Positions 44,828-54,810 of a stretch of DNA of 64,000 nucleotides are shown in pieces. Positions within the stretch are counted from its first letter, which is position 1, and the number at the start of each line of letters is the position of its first letter. A program made the translations under genes and the position numbers. The notes under the pieces were generated by a model. It ran no database searches. It saw only the letters and a program-made list of their open reading frames with translations, and was not told where the DNA came from. The stretch is from Methanomassiliicoccales archaeon (GTDB lineage Archaea > Thermoplasmatota > Thermoplasmata > RBG-16-68-12 > SOIM01): positions 67,828-131,827 of the forward strand of contig SOIM01000058.1 of assembly GCA_004377185.1 (NCBI GenBank), in the 5' to 3' direction.

Positions 44828-47603
44828 CTCGTTTTCTTAATGCTTGAGCCAATTTCATTCTTCTAATCCTCAACGTAGCAAGTAATGAAGCAACAATCAG
44901 AATGACGATGGTCAAGAGAATCAGGATCAATGTCTGGAAGGAAACCACCAACGGCATATCAAGAACTCCTTGCCCTAGGCCCACTATTCCGAAGGACAAG
45001 AGTTCGTTGAAAACAAAGGCGGTCACCAAACCAGTGACGATCCCTATCACACAGCCGATGATGATTATCGTTACAGCCTCCCCCAAAAGAAGGCGGGCGA
45101 CCTGCCTAGAACTCGCACCTCTGGACATTATACTAGCGAACTCCCCTTCCCTCTCGGTGGCAGCCACGTACATGATGAGGCCCAAACCTACCCCGATGAT
45201 CAGCAATGCGAAGGCGAACTCCACAAGCAAGAAGTTGAATAGAGCTCCGGTGAATGGTTCACTCTTGGCCTTTTCCAGCTCTTCCTCGTAAACGAGGATA
45301 TCGGTGATTTCGACAGGATAGGAAACTCTTATGCTTTCTCCGACAGCTACCGGGTCCTGGCCAGACTCAACATTCAAAATGAACTTCCATGTTTGATTTC
45401 CGAAAGTGGTCTCATTCAAAGTGACGAAGTCTACATACATCTCGCCCTCGGTGAAGATTCCGATGTCTGGGCCCATGAAACCCGGCAGAGTTTTGACGAT
45501 CCCTACGACAGTGAATTGATAGTCGACTTCCTCTGATTGCCAGGTTCCATTCTCATCAGTGTAGGAATTGTGAACTTCTACGGGGAAAACATCATTCACT
45601 CTCAAGTACTGAGATTCTGCGAGTTTTTCAGTTACAATCACATTTCCAAGAGTGCTCAGCATGGAGATTGTGGATGCGGGTTCTCCTTCCTTGAAGTAGT
45701 AAGGATCTGGTTGAACGACCTCCCAGTAAGCAGACGAATTGATTGCCCATACGTTCGTATGGATATTTTCATATCCAGAGATTGCACTAAGCTTTGCGGT
45801 TTCAGTTAACTTGTCTACTCCCCCGATATCTTGTATCTCGGTTCCAAATGACCTGTTTACTGTCAAGGCAACAAGGGCGATATCACCACCTATCTGTGCC
45901 TCCAGACTCCTCTCTATGTAAGCGGCCTGAGTCTCTCCCATTGAAGAAACGACTATACCGAACGCCAGTCCCATTGCAATAAGAACACAAACGCTAGAAG
46001 CCCTCTTGGGATTCCGAACTATGTTCTTGTTCACAATCGCATAGAGGTCTTTGGTAAAGAACTTCGTAGCTCGGGAAGTCCAGTCGTAGATTTTGGTGGA
46101 GAATCTCGTCAATAAGCTTGTAACACCAATAATCAAGAAGAAAGGCGAAAGCGGTGTAAGAACCATCAAGAGGGGCGCGATCAGACAGAGTGCGAATGTG
46201 AGAGGAGTACCCGCCCCAGTGAAGTGCTTCATAAGGAGCAAGGTCGCATAGGTGAAAATAGCCAGTGCGATGAAGATTACGTCCCTTAGGGGTTTGTATC
46301 GAAGGGCGGCCTCTTCTTCCGAATACTTGTGCAATGCCTCGGTCACGGGAATAGTTGAGGCCCTTTTGGCAGGTCTATAAGCGGAAAAGAGCAGAAGCGC
46401 AATGGCCAGAACTATTGCCAGAACAATGGTGAATTCGGTTATAGTCATCTCTAGTAGAGAGGGAGCTACTCCGTAAGGGGACGCCATCGAGAAAAGGTTG
46501 CTCGCAAGAGCTCCAAAGATGAGTCCTAATATTCCGGCAATCACGCCCAGAATGAGGGCCTCAATGATTAGAAGCCCAAAGACCTGACGACGGTTTGCAC
46601 CTCTGGCCTTGAGCACACCAATCTCTCTCCGTCTCTCGCTCAAACCGAGCTCTGCACCGATTATGCCAAGGTATACGCCGAGGATTATTGCAGGCAGAGC
46701 CAAAGCAAGGAAAATCGCTCGGTACATCATGATCCAGATGCTGAAGAACCCAACGATGAAGCCAAGCATGCTATCTTCGAAAGATATTTCATAGGGGACA
46801 CCAGCATTGTTCAAATCCCTTTTCATTCTCCCCAGAAGTTCGTTCGTTTTCGCTGGATCGCCGGCTTTGACGACCGCATCTTTGTTTATCCAAACGTAGT
46901 AGCTTGAGTACAAACCATATCCAAAGTAATCCTGCAAGTCAAAAGCGGAGATAATAAGCTCGACATCCTCCAAATTGACAAAGATCGTATCAAAAAACCA
47001 GAACATCGGACCAAACATGGGGAATTCGTCTTCTCCCGGTTTTTCGACCTGGACAACCTTGGCAACCGAGAAATTGAGAAAATAGTATTCCGGCTCTGGA
47101 GCCATGTAGTTTGTGTACCGCAGAGTCACTTGATCTCCTGGTGATACTTCAGCCTCAACGGCCATATCCTCAGTGAGCACAATATGGCCTCTGGGAACAG
47201 AAGGGTCGGACACGAAACCGAACTTGTTGGCCACCCGACTGAAGGTGGAGCTAATTGCTTGCAGGGTTGCGAAGGTAACGTTTTGGGAACCATTGTATCC
47301 CCACTCACATATCTCAACCATGCCGAGGTCAACGATTGGCTCCACCATTTCTACGTTCGTGACATTAGCCAGGTCCCGAGTTGCATTGGTGAACTCTCGA
47401 TTGGTACTAGATCTGCCTACGAAGTCATAGCTCACAGTGTCCATCATCTGTTTGAACACAGAACCTGTGGTAGTATCGATAGCCACATTTTCTCCAGCCA
47501 CAAGGGTAACGGCCAGAAGGACGCCAATTATTGCAGCGAACGTTCTCCTCTTGTTTCGAAAGATACTTTGTATTGCATACTTGGAAAAGGACAGAAATGA
47601 CAA
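44820..47603 (-). CDS. Large FtsX/MacB-like ABC permease (927 aa, two FtsX 4-TM modules with big extracytoplasmic domains)
   Basis: TTG start. N-terminal FtsX-type hairpin (IFRNKRRTFAAIIGVLLAVTLV), repeated FtsX-like TM bundles. Overlaps the ATPase start. Confidence 0.8.
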   Translation of the reverse strand: MSFLSFSKYAIQSIFRNKRRTFAAIIGVLLAVTLVAGENVAIDTTTGSVFKQMMDTVSYDFVGRSSTNREFTNATRDLANVTNVEMVEPIVDLGMVEICEWGYNGSQNVTFATLQAISSTFSRVANKFGFVSDPSVPRGHIVLTEDMAVEAEVSPGDQVTLRYTNYMAPEPEYYFLNFSVAKVVQVEKPGEDEFPMFGPMFWFFDTIFVNLEDVELIISAFDLQDYFGYGLYSSYYVWINKDAVVKAGDPAKTNELLGRMKRDLNNAGVPYEISFEDSMLGFIVGFFSIWIMMYRAIFLALALPAIILGVYLGIIGAELGLSERRREIGVLKARGANRRQVFGLLIIEALILGVIAGILGLIFGALASNLFSMASPYGVAPSLLEMTITEFTIVLAIVLAIALLLFSAYRPAKRASTIPVTEALHKYSEEEAALRYKPLRDVIFIALAIFTYATLLLMKHFTGAGTPLTFALCLIAPLLMVLTPLSPFFLIIGVTSLLTRFSTKIYDWTSRATKFFTKDLYAIVNKNIVRNPKRASSVCVLIAMGLAFGIVVSSMGETQAAYIERSLEAQIGGDIALVALTVNRSFGTEIQDIGGVDKLTETAKLSAISGYENIHTNVWAINSSAYWEVVQPDPYYFKEGEPASTISMLSTLGNVIVTEKLAESQYLRVNDVFPVEVHNSYTDENGTWQSEEVDYQFTVVGIVKTLPGFMGPDIGIFTEGEMYVDFVTLNETTFGNQTWKFILNVESGQDPVAVGESIRVSYPVEITDILVYEEELEKAKSEPFTGALFNFLLVEFAFALLIIGVGLGLIMYVAATEREGEFASIMSRGASSRQVARLLLGEAVTIIIIGCVIGIVTGLVTAFVFNELLSFGIVGLGQGVLDMPLVVSFQTLILILLTIVILIVASLLATLRIRRMKLAQALRKRGG

Positions 47604-47797
47604 CTACCATTCCTCACATGGTTCCATCTTAGACATGGATTTGTTCGAGTGATTCAGCACACAATCCTCCTTCCAGACCCCTATGGGCAAGGGAGAAATA
47701 TAGTTTTGGCTCAACCTCCTTTGGAGAAGCTTCACAAGAGACATTGGCAGTATGTCGAAACCCTGTGTCGGTTCCACTTCATTTCCCCGCTGGAGAT

Positions 47798-47816
47798 GGG
47801 AATATTTAATATTCCC
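47798..47816. promoter_or_regulatory. Near-perfect 19-bp palindrome GGGAATATTTAATATTCCC about 45 bp upstream of acyl-CoA dehydrogenase paralog 2; candidate operator overlapping a TATA-like core
   Basis: Read directly from the sequence. The only mismatch is at the central base. Located in the divergent intergenic region 47604-47857. Confidence 0.3.
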
Positions 47817-47857
47817 AACATGTTCATGACATGCGCCGGTAAGGAGGAAGGGGTAAC

Positions 47858-48997
47858 ATGGATTTCAAGTTGACAGAAGAGCAAGAGATGATAAAGAAGA
47901 TGGTCCGAGATTTTGCTGAGAAGGAGATCGCCCCACTCGCCAGGGAGAACGACGAGAAAGGCGCCTATCCACCGGAAATCGTCAAGAAACTCGGCGAACT
48001 CGGGATTATGGGGATGACCATACCCACGGAATATGGGGGAGCTGGCGCAGACCACATCAGCTACACGATCGCGATAGAAGAACTGTCACGAGTGGACGGT
48101 TCCTTTGGGACGGTTGTATCCGTCAACAATTCCCTTGTGTGCGATCCGATTCTGAAGTACGGAACGGAGGAGCAGAAACAGAAGTTTCTAATCCCGACCG
48201 CAAAACATGGCATTGGAGCCTTTTCCTTGAGCGAACCGGGTGCTGGTTCGGACGCGGGAGCGCAGAAGACCACAGCCGTTCTGAAAGGAGATGAATATGT
48301 CATCAATGGGACCAAGAACTTCGTCTCCAATGGAAAAGTGGCGGATGTGACATTACTGTTCGCGATGACTGACAAATCGAAAGGAGCCAAGGGGATAAGT
48401 GTGTTTCTGATACCCGATGGTACTCCTGGATTCACAAAGGGCAAGAAAGAGGACAAACTGGGAATAAGGGCGTGTGACACAATCGAGATTTCATTCGAGG
48501 ATTGCAGGATCCCTAAAGAGTATCTGCTCGGAGAAGAGGGTCAGGGACTGAAGATCGCCTTGGGAACACTGGACGGAGGAAGGATTGGGATAGCAGCTCA
48601 GGCGGTGGGAATAGCTCAGGGGGCCTTGGACGAGTCGCTCAGATATTCGCAAGAGAGGGAGCAGTTCGGCCAGCCGATATTCAGTTTTCAGGCAATCCAG
48701 TGGAAGTTAGCAGACATCGCGACCGAGACGAGCGCCGCACGCCTTCTCGTTCACAAAGCAGCATTTGCAAAGGAACAGGGCAAGAGATTCTCCTTGGAGG
48801 CCGCAATGGCAAAGCTCTTCGCCTCCGAGGTCGCAGTGAAGGCCACGCGCGAAGCAATCCAGATTTTTGGCGGATATGGGTACATGAAGGAATATCCAGT
48901 CGAGCGGTTCTATAGAGATGCCAAGGTCACCGAGATCTATGAGGGTACGAGCGAAGTGCAGAGAATCGTGATTGCGAGAGCGCTGCTGAAGGATTAG
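47858..48997 (+). CDS. Acyl-CoA dehydrogenase, paralog 2
   Basis: 379 aa, colinear with and similar to paralog 1 (MDFKLTEEQEMIKKMVRDFAEKE... vs MDFQLTDEQRMIQSMVRDFAENE...). AGGAGGAAGGGG SD. Confidence 0.9.
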   Translation: MDFKLTEEQEMIKKMVRDFAEKEIAPLARENDEKGAYPPEIVKKLGELGIMGMTIPTEYGGAGADHISYTIAIEELSRVDGSFGTVVSVNNSLVCDPILKYGTEEQKQKFLIPTAKHGIGAFSLSEPGAGSDAGAQKTTAVLKGDEYVINGTKNFVSNGKVADVTLLFAMTDKSKGAKGISVFLIPDGTPGFTKGKKEDKLGIRACDTIEISFEDCRIPKEYLLGEEGQGLKIALGTLDGGRIGIAAQAVGIAQGALDESLRYSQEREQFGQPIFSFQAIQWKLADIATETSAARLLVHKAAFAKEQGKRFSLEAAMAKLFASEVAVKATREAIQIFGGYGYMKEYPVERFYRDAKVTEIYEGTSEVQRIVIARALLKD

Positions 48998-49025
48998 AAC
49001 TGCGTTGGCATGATGAGGTGCTGGC

Positions 49026-49451
49026 CTAGAGCCTACTGATCACCGTTCCTGACCACATGAAAACCGACAGGAGATTGAACGAGACGAGGTAGACCCATCC
49101 ACACATTTCGATGAGAAGGAGTCCCTCCTCCTGCTCTTTGGACAAGGAACTGGTCTTGACCGAATAGTAGACCAGGAAGAGCATGACGGTACCTATGAAG
49201 GCTATCAGGACCTTGAGGCTGAGCCAGATTACCCAACCATGGTCAAGACTCAAGATCGTAGAAACGAAGATGTTCCTCTCAATGACCCCCAGATGACAGA
49301 TTCCTAGATAGGTCAGGAAGCTGTCCCAGACCAAGAAAGATAGGACAAAAATGGTCACAAAGAGGTTCCTGTCCTTGATCCAATCTCTGAGTATACGGCC
49401 TGCAGTGTGCTTATTTGACACATTCTCGGTACTGGCCTTCCGCTCTTTCAC
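49026..49451 (-). CDS. Hypothetical integral membrane protein (4 predicted TM helices)
   Basis: 141 aa, hydrophobic segments FVTIFVLSFLVW, LIAFIGTVMLFLVYY, VYLVSFNLLSVFMW. Confidence 0.5.
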   Translation of the reverse strand: MKERKASTENVSNKHTAGRILRDWIKDRNLFVTIFVLSFLVWDSFLTYLGICHLGVIERNIFVSTILSLDHGWVIWLSLKVLIAFIGTVMLFLVYYSVKTSSLSKEQEEGLLLIEMCGWVYLVSFNLLSVFMWSGTVISRL

Positions 49452-49576
49452 AAACTCCCCCTCGTTCCAGTGAGTTCAGCGTCCCTCAATATGACTCATT
49501 GCGGGATTTCGGTCTCATGTAATATATTGGACGGACAGGGGTTAATGTTTTCGATTGAAGGATGCTGATTCCTGCA

Positions 49577-51322
49577 TCAAAAATGAATGAATCCCTGGCG
49601 AGAGTTCCCATCCACATATACGTCCAAACCACGAGAGATCTCTATCACTTTGACCCATTTCGCGTCAACCTTGCTCTCCCTCTCCTCCAAGAGTGTCTCG
49701 TTCAGGTAATCCCCCTTCTCAAGGAAAAGAGGGATGTAGAGCATATTGCTGGCCTCCATGTCTGCGAAGAAGTGGGTTCCGTAGGACAGCTCGGGAGAGA
49801 ACCTTTCGTACGAGAGCTCCACCACAACTGCTGCATTGGACATCTCGCTGTAGTTCACAGGTACCCCGAGCTCAGGGTTGGTGGTTGCCCATCTGCCGGG
49901 ACCAATGAGTATGTATTCCATCCCTTCGAACATCTCGTTGATCTTCCCAACCTCTCTGGCAATGTCATATCCCTTGGAGAAATCGTACTTGCGATGCTGG
50001 ACCCAAACGATGTTCCGAATTCCTCTGATGATACCATTCCCAAGAACGCGACTGCTTCTGAGGAGGACGTTCGATTCGGGTACGTCGGTAGGGATGGAAA
50101 CTTTCCGGTGTTCTGGCAGCCTGCCGAGAGGCCTCACTTGAACTAAGTAGAAGTAGCCCTTCTCAGTGAGGGATGTGCCACTCTCATCGGTCCTGTAGTC
50201 GAACACGAACTCTATGTCTATCGGCCTTCCAATCACCCTTTCCAGATTCCGCATTAGGGACCCTACGAGAGGGACGAAGGGGATGTACCGATTGGATGAG
50301 AGTATGGGCTTGAAGGTGAGGATTATCCTTTCGTCGGGCGCGAAATTCTTGGGTGTCTCAACAAAATAGCTGTCGTCCTTGAGGGTCTGACCCAACATGT
50401 ACAATTTGCTATTGCATTCTTGGATGTCGCTCAGTCTCTTGAAAAGGAACAGCTCACTCTCATAGTCCAAGGCGTCGATGGCATCCTGAGAGGAGGCCAC
50501 AATATCATCAACGGCCATACCTTCCGGCCTGAGTTCAGGAAGAGAAGGCGAGAAAACGGTGGCTTGGAATCTTCCTACCGCTCTTGTCCCCAGCCCCGCG
50601 ACGATTCTGCACAGGCCGTCATTCACCCCGATTCTCTCGGACCAAGGATAGTAGTTCCTGGAGAATGCTACACCAGCAAGAAGAGGATAGTACAGGTCGT
50701 CATCATGCAGTGAGCCCACAACGTCCTGGATCAATATGGCCATCTTCTCTTCCTGCCACGGCGCGTCCATCCTCTCCGCGTATTTCCTGGCGTTGGGCCC
50801 ATAAGTGCTCGCATAGACGATCCTGATTGCCATCTCAAGCTCTGCGATCCTCTTCGTCAAGGGTCCCTTGTTTGTGATGAACACGGACTGATAGATCCCC
50901 GCGAACGAGTGTTCGGGACGGTCTTCCAATATGGATGATGACCTAACGACCAAGGGTCGGTCCTCCTCTTCGAGGAACCTCACCAGCGAATCGTGGGCAC
51001 CGGGCGGGAACTCCCCAGTGAGGAATCTGACATTCATATCCTCATCGGTCAACTTCTTCTTGTACAGAAGTTCCACAACATCCCCAAGTCTGTTCAGTTG
51101 AATGAACTGGTCGAACACGTCTGTAGCAACGATCGTGGATCTTGGTATCCTCAGCATCTCAGGGAAATCGCACAGTTTCTCTTGGCCCGCCTCCATCAGG
51201 TAGCTCACAAAAATCAGGCCCTTGGCCTTACCTCCGACCGATCCTTCTCCAATGATCTCAATCCCGGATGGGAGATACTCTCTATCGACTTGGAATTGCG
51301 AAAGGGGACCTGGGGATGGCAT
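49577..51322 (-). CDS. PEP-utilising-enzyme N-terminal (PPDK_N/ATP-grasp-like nucleotide-binding) domain protein with a C-terminal region of unknown function; no His swivel domain seen
   Basis: IGEGSVGGKAKGL resembles the GGKxxxL motif at the start of PEP synthase/PPDK nucleotide-binding domains. 581 aa. Remaining 250 aa unassigned. Confidence 0.65.
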   Translation of the reverse strand: MPSPGPLSQFQVDREYLPSGIEIIGEGSVGGKAKGLIFVSYLMEAGQEKLCDFPEMLRIPRSTIVATDVFDQFIQLNRLGDVVELLYKKKLTDEDMNVRFLTGEFPPGAHDSLVRFLEEEDRPLVVRSSSILEDRPEHSFAGIYQSVFITNKGPLTKRIAELEMAIRIVYASTYGPNARKYAERMDAPWQEEKMAILIQDVVGSLHDDDLYYPLLAGVAFSRNYYPWSERIGVNDGLCRIVAGLGTRAVGRFQATVFSPSLPELRPEGMAVDDIVASSQDAIDALDYESELFLFKRLSDIQECNSKLYMLGQTLKDDSYFVETPKNFAPDERIILTFKPILSSNRYIPFVPLVGSLMRNLERVIGRPIDIEFVFDYRTDESGTSLTEKGYFYLVQVRPLGRLPEHRKVSIPTDVPESNVLLRSSRVLGNGIIRGIRNIVWVQHRKYDFSKGYDIAREVGKINEMFEGMEYILIGPGRWATTNPELGVPVNYSEMSNAAVVVELSYERFSPELSYGTHFFADMEASNMLYIPLFLEKGDYLNETLLEERESKVDAKWVKVIEISRGLDVYVDGNSRQGFIHF

Positions 51323-51397
51323 TTGACGTGATATTCCCTATCGGTATAAATCATCTACTTCACCGTTCTCAAAACCCTCCGAGTCCTCCTTCGGAAC

Positions 51398-52432
51398 CTA
51401 TTTCCATCTCGTGAGTATCTCTTCTCTTCTGAAGACTTTCGTGCTGAGAAAGACCACGGCCACATCAATGACCAGGAATATGACGCAATAGATGCCCATC
51501 ATCCAAGCGCTTGTGAAGGCAGGGCCAGCAAAGGTGAGAAACACGAACACAAGGACCGGAAGAACGATCAAACCCCCGATCTGCTGAGAAGCTCGCACGT
51601 CCGTAACCTTTGAGGAAACCATCACGTTCAGGGAGATGCTCAAAATACAGAAAAGTGGGGCCAGTGCCAGGAATCCGATAATCCAAAGAGCGTTGGGAAG
51701 CGGATAGTGTCCCAGAAGTGGGAATGCAAGGGTATTCACCAAAACGGTAGATATCACATAGGAAACCCAGGTGGCAGCCATAGTGACCACGAAGATCGAC
51801 AGCATCTTACCCGTCAAGAGCTCCAGATCAGTGGTGGGAGTGGCGAGAAGGGGTTCCAGGCTCCGGTTGTTCTTCTCTCCGACAAAGCTGTAGGACGCTA
51901 CGAAGGTGGGAATGACAGCTGGAATGATCATATAGAAGAAGAGAAGGAAGTTCAACATGGTGAGCGTTATCTCTTTCCTCTCAGAGCTCTCCTCGGTCAC
52001 AATTGAGCTGTCCTTCACAACAGTTCCTTCCCTTGACTTCAGATTGTAGATATTGGAGTTGGTGATGATGGAATACTCAAGTGAGACGTTATCCAGTATC
52101 GAATTGCTGACCACCACGAACCTGAGCGTTGAGTTTCTAACGAGGGACGCCTCGATGACAGAACTGAATATTTCCATATTCTGGAAGGACGCATTGATGT
52201 AGTTACCACGGTAGACAGTGTGATTATCAAGATTCCAGTTTGTCGTCAGTTTAATGTCGAGGGGCGGGCCGCTGTCCTCTTCTGCGAAGAACTGTATTGG
52301 GAGGAAATAGCTGATAGGGACGATAACACCCATTATGGTGGGCATCAATAGGATTGTGAAGATGATGTACTTGTTCGTCTTGAACTCCGCCATGTCCTTC
52401 TTCGCAACGATCCAAGACTTCCCTATTCTCAC
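51398..52432 (-). CDS. ABC-2 type permease with an inserted repetitive beta-solenoid-like extracytoplasmic segment
   Basis: GTG start. N-terminal TM, about 120-aa Asn/Ser/Ile-rich repetitive segment (NSTLRFVVVSNSILDNVSLEYSIITNSNIYN), 5 C-terminal TM helices. Confidence 0.75.
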   Translation of the reverse strand: MRIGKSWIVAKKDMAEFKTNKYIIFTILLMPTIMGVIVPISYFLPIQFFAEEDSGPPLDIKLTTNWNLDNHTVYRGNYINASFQNMEIFSSVIEASLVRNSTLRFVVVSNSILDNVSLEYSIITNSNIYNLKSREGTVVKDSSIVTEESSERKEITLTMLNFLLFFYMIIPAVIPTFVASYSFVGEKNNRSLEPLLATPTTDLELLTGKMLSIFVVTMAATWVSYVISTVLVNTLAFPLLGHYPLPNALWIIGFLALAPLFCILSISLNVMVSSKVTDVRASQQIGGLIVLPVLVFVFLTFAGPAFTSAWMMGIYCVIFLVIDVAVVFLSTKVFRREEILTRWK

Positions 52433-52434
52433 GG

Positions 52435-53352
52435 CTAACCTCCAATGAGTTCCAGATAGACCTCTTCAAGTGTGTGCTTGAGCTCGGACATGAACTGTAT
52501 TTCCCCTCCGCTCCGGATTATCACTTCAGCCACTTCCGAGTTCTCATCTTCAGGCTTGGCAAGATCTATCAACAGACTATTATCCTCAGTCCTGACGTTC
52601 TTTGCAAAAGGGAGTGCCTTGACCGCGGCAACAACGTTTGGTGAGAGCTTTTTCAGTTGTACTACCGTCGTTCTTCCCCAGAACCTCTCCTTCAGTTCCT
52701 TGGGAGAGCCTATCGCAATGAGTTTGGTATTGATGACACCGACCCTATCACAGAGCCTCTCGGCTTCAACGAGATTGTGAGTGTTGAGGAATATGGTCCT
52801 GCCCTCCTGCTTCAGCTCGGAGAGGAAATCCCTGACCGTCTTGGCGGCCCGAGGGTCCAACCCTGCAGTCGGTTCGTCCAGGAAGAGTATCTCGGGATCA
52901 TGGACCAGAGCCCTGGAGATTGCGATCTTCTGTTTCATCCCCTTGGAGAATGTGTTGACTGGCTCATCGCGCCTCTTCCACATGCCGAGCATCTCCAACA
53001 GTTCCTTGATCCTTTCCCTTCTTTTCACTGCCGGGACGTCATACAACTGAGCGAAGAAATCCAAGTTCTTGTAGGAGCTCAACCGTTCATAGAGGCCAGG
53101 AGCTTCCGGAAGCAGGCCCACAATCCGCCTTATGTTGAGTGCGTCCGGCTCTTTCCCTATCTCATTCCCTTTGACGAAAGCAGTTCCGTAAGTGGGTTTG
53201 ATCAAACAGCACAGCATCCTCGTTGTCGTGGTCTTGCCAGCGCCATTGGGTCCGATGAATCCAAAGACCTCGCCTTCGTCAACCTCAAGGGTCAGGCCTT
53301 CGACGGCTACCACTTCACCGAAGGTTCTCGTCAGGTTCTCCATCCTTATCAT
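52435..53352 (-). CDS. ABC transporter ATP-binding protein
   Basis: GPNGAGKTTT, FSKGMKQKIAISRAL, ILFLDEPTAGLD. Confidence 0.9.
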   Translation of the reverse strand: MIRMENLTRTFGEVVAVEGLTLEVDEGEVFGFIGPNGAGKTTTTRMLCCLIKPTYGTAFVKGNEIGKEPDALNIRRIVGLLPEAPGLYERLSSYKNLDFFAQLYDVPAVKRRERIKELLEMLGMWKRRDEPVNTFSKGMKQKIAISRALVHDPEILFLDEPTAGLDPRAAKTVRDFLSELKQEGRTIFLNTHNLVEAERLCDRVGVINTKLIAIGSPKELKERFWGRTTVVQLKKLSPNVVAAVKALPFAKNVRTEDNSLLIDLAKPEDENSEVAEVIIRSGGEIQFMSELKHTLEEVYLELIGG

Positions 53353-53466
53353 TCGATTTCCTCACCCTGCACCCGATTCCGGTTCCAATTCCAGTCAAGG
53401 TTGCCAAGAGCCATGGCTATTCGGTCATAAGGAAAACAAGAATTTGATGGTTTCGAAACAGCGGAG

Positions 53467-54810
53467 TTATTCAGCGCTGGCGGATTCTTCCTTTCCGCCA
53501 CCTGATTTCTTTGCCAACGATTCCTTGAGCCGGGCGACTTCTCCTTCCAGCCTGCTTATCTTCACCTCTCTGTCGAACAACGTGTCTTCGAAATGCTCGA
53601 AATCCCTCAACTTCTTCTCGAGTTCTCTCTTGGAGGCGGTGAGAGCTGCCGTCTTTTCGTGGACCTTCTGCTCGAGGATATCCCTGGCCTTCTTCAGTAG
53701 AGATACGAATCTGGCTCTTTCGGAAATGTCCCGGACAATGCCTTGAATGAGCTCCTTGTCATCTGCCTCGAAAATCCTCGAACTTATTTCCACCGGAACA
53801 ATCGTGCCATCTTTCCTAATCATCTCGGAATCGAAACGTACCGAGCGTTCGATCTTTATCCTCTCGAAAGCCTCGTGCGAGTCAGGAACGGAATTCTCTG
53901 TGTGAATATCAGGAATGGAAATCTCAAGGAGTTCTTCCTTGGTGTAGCCCAGAAGCTCCTCCACCCTGCTGTTGACTTCAAGTATCTTGCCTTCCAGGGT
54001 GTGTATGAACACGGCATCGTTGGATTGCTCGAAGAGGTTCTTGTACTTCGTTTCCGACATTCGCAACTCGCCTGTCCGTTCCTTGACTTCCTCTTCCAGA
54101 CTTGTAGCCGTGTGCTCAAGTGCGGTGGCCCTTTCCTCAGCTCTGTCTTCGATTCGATGGCTAATTGACCTTTCGTGACCGATATCCGCCACAAGGCTGG
54201 CAATGGACTGGAGCAGCTTGGCCCACGCCAAAAGCTGATCCCGGGGGTAGAACCTTAGCTCCAGTGCCGCTTTGGCAAGCTCCTCTTCGTCCACCCCTAT
54301 CTCACGTGCAAAACCCTTGACATCCTCCACATCTGGACTCTTGGACCTCACCTGTCCGCCCAATATGCACCCCATCACCTTGTCCTGAATCACGATTGGG
54401 GCAGCGAAGAAGGCGGTCTCACAGGCGAAGCACTCGTGGATTACAGGATCACTGCTTTTCAAGGCCTCGTCCACAGCTTCCATGTCCGCTTTGAGACATT
54501 TCTCGTGAACAGCTCCGTCAACAAGCGTGCAGAAACGGGTCCATGGGCTGTTCGGTACTATGGAATGGAACTCATTGTCGAAAATCCCAACGACCATTCC
54601 AGTGGCCTCTACGAAACTGTCCTGAAGCCCCTTCAAGAGGTCCTTGTCGACCAGATCGGAGAGAATCAACTCATCCGTTTCCTGTCTGATTTTTTCTGCC
54701 AATTGATGGAAACTGTGGGTGGGTTCGCCTTCCTCTCCGTTCAAGACATCCTCCTCCTGTTGAGCTTGTCGTTCCGAACCCAAAAGAATTCGGGAAATCT
54801 GCCTGGCCAA
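53467..54810 (-). CDS. Sensor protein with PocR-like ligand-binding domain, PAS domain and C-terminal coiled coil; no recognisable output domain
   Basis: LQDSFVEATGMVVGIFDNEF...CLKAD...ECFACETAFFAAPI (PocR-like). PAS: NDAVFIHTLEGKILEVNSRVEELLGYTKEELL...IVRDISER. Heptad-rich tail. Confidence 0.7.
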   Translation of the reverse strand: MARQISRILLGSERQAQQEEDVLNGEEGEPTHSFHQLAEKIRQETDELILSDLVDKDLLKGLQDSFVEATGMVVGIFDNEFHSIVPNSPWTRFCTLVDGAVHEKCLKADMEAVDEALKSSDPVIHECFACETAFFAAPIVIQDKVMGCILGGQVRSKSPDVEDVKGFAREIGVDEEELAKAALELRFYPRDQLLAWAKLLQSIASLVADIGHERSISHRIEDRAEERATALEHTATSLEEEVKERTGELRMSETKYKNLFEQSNDAVFIHTLEGKILEVNSRVEELLGYTKEELLEISIPDIHTENSVPDSHEAFERIKIERSVRFDSEMIRKDGTIVPVEISSRIFEADDKELIQGIVRDISERARFVSLLKKARDILEQKVHEKTAALTASKRELEKKLRDFEHFEDTLFDREVKISRLEGEVARLKESLAKKSGGGKEESASAE

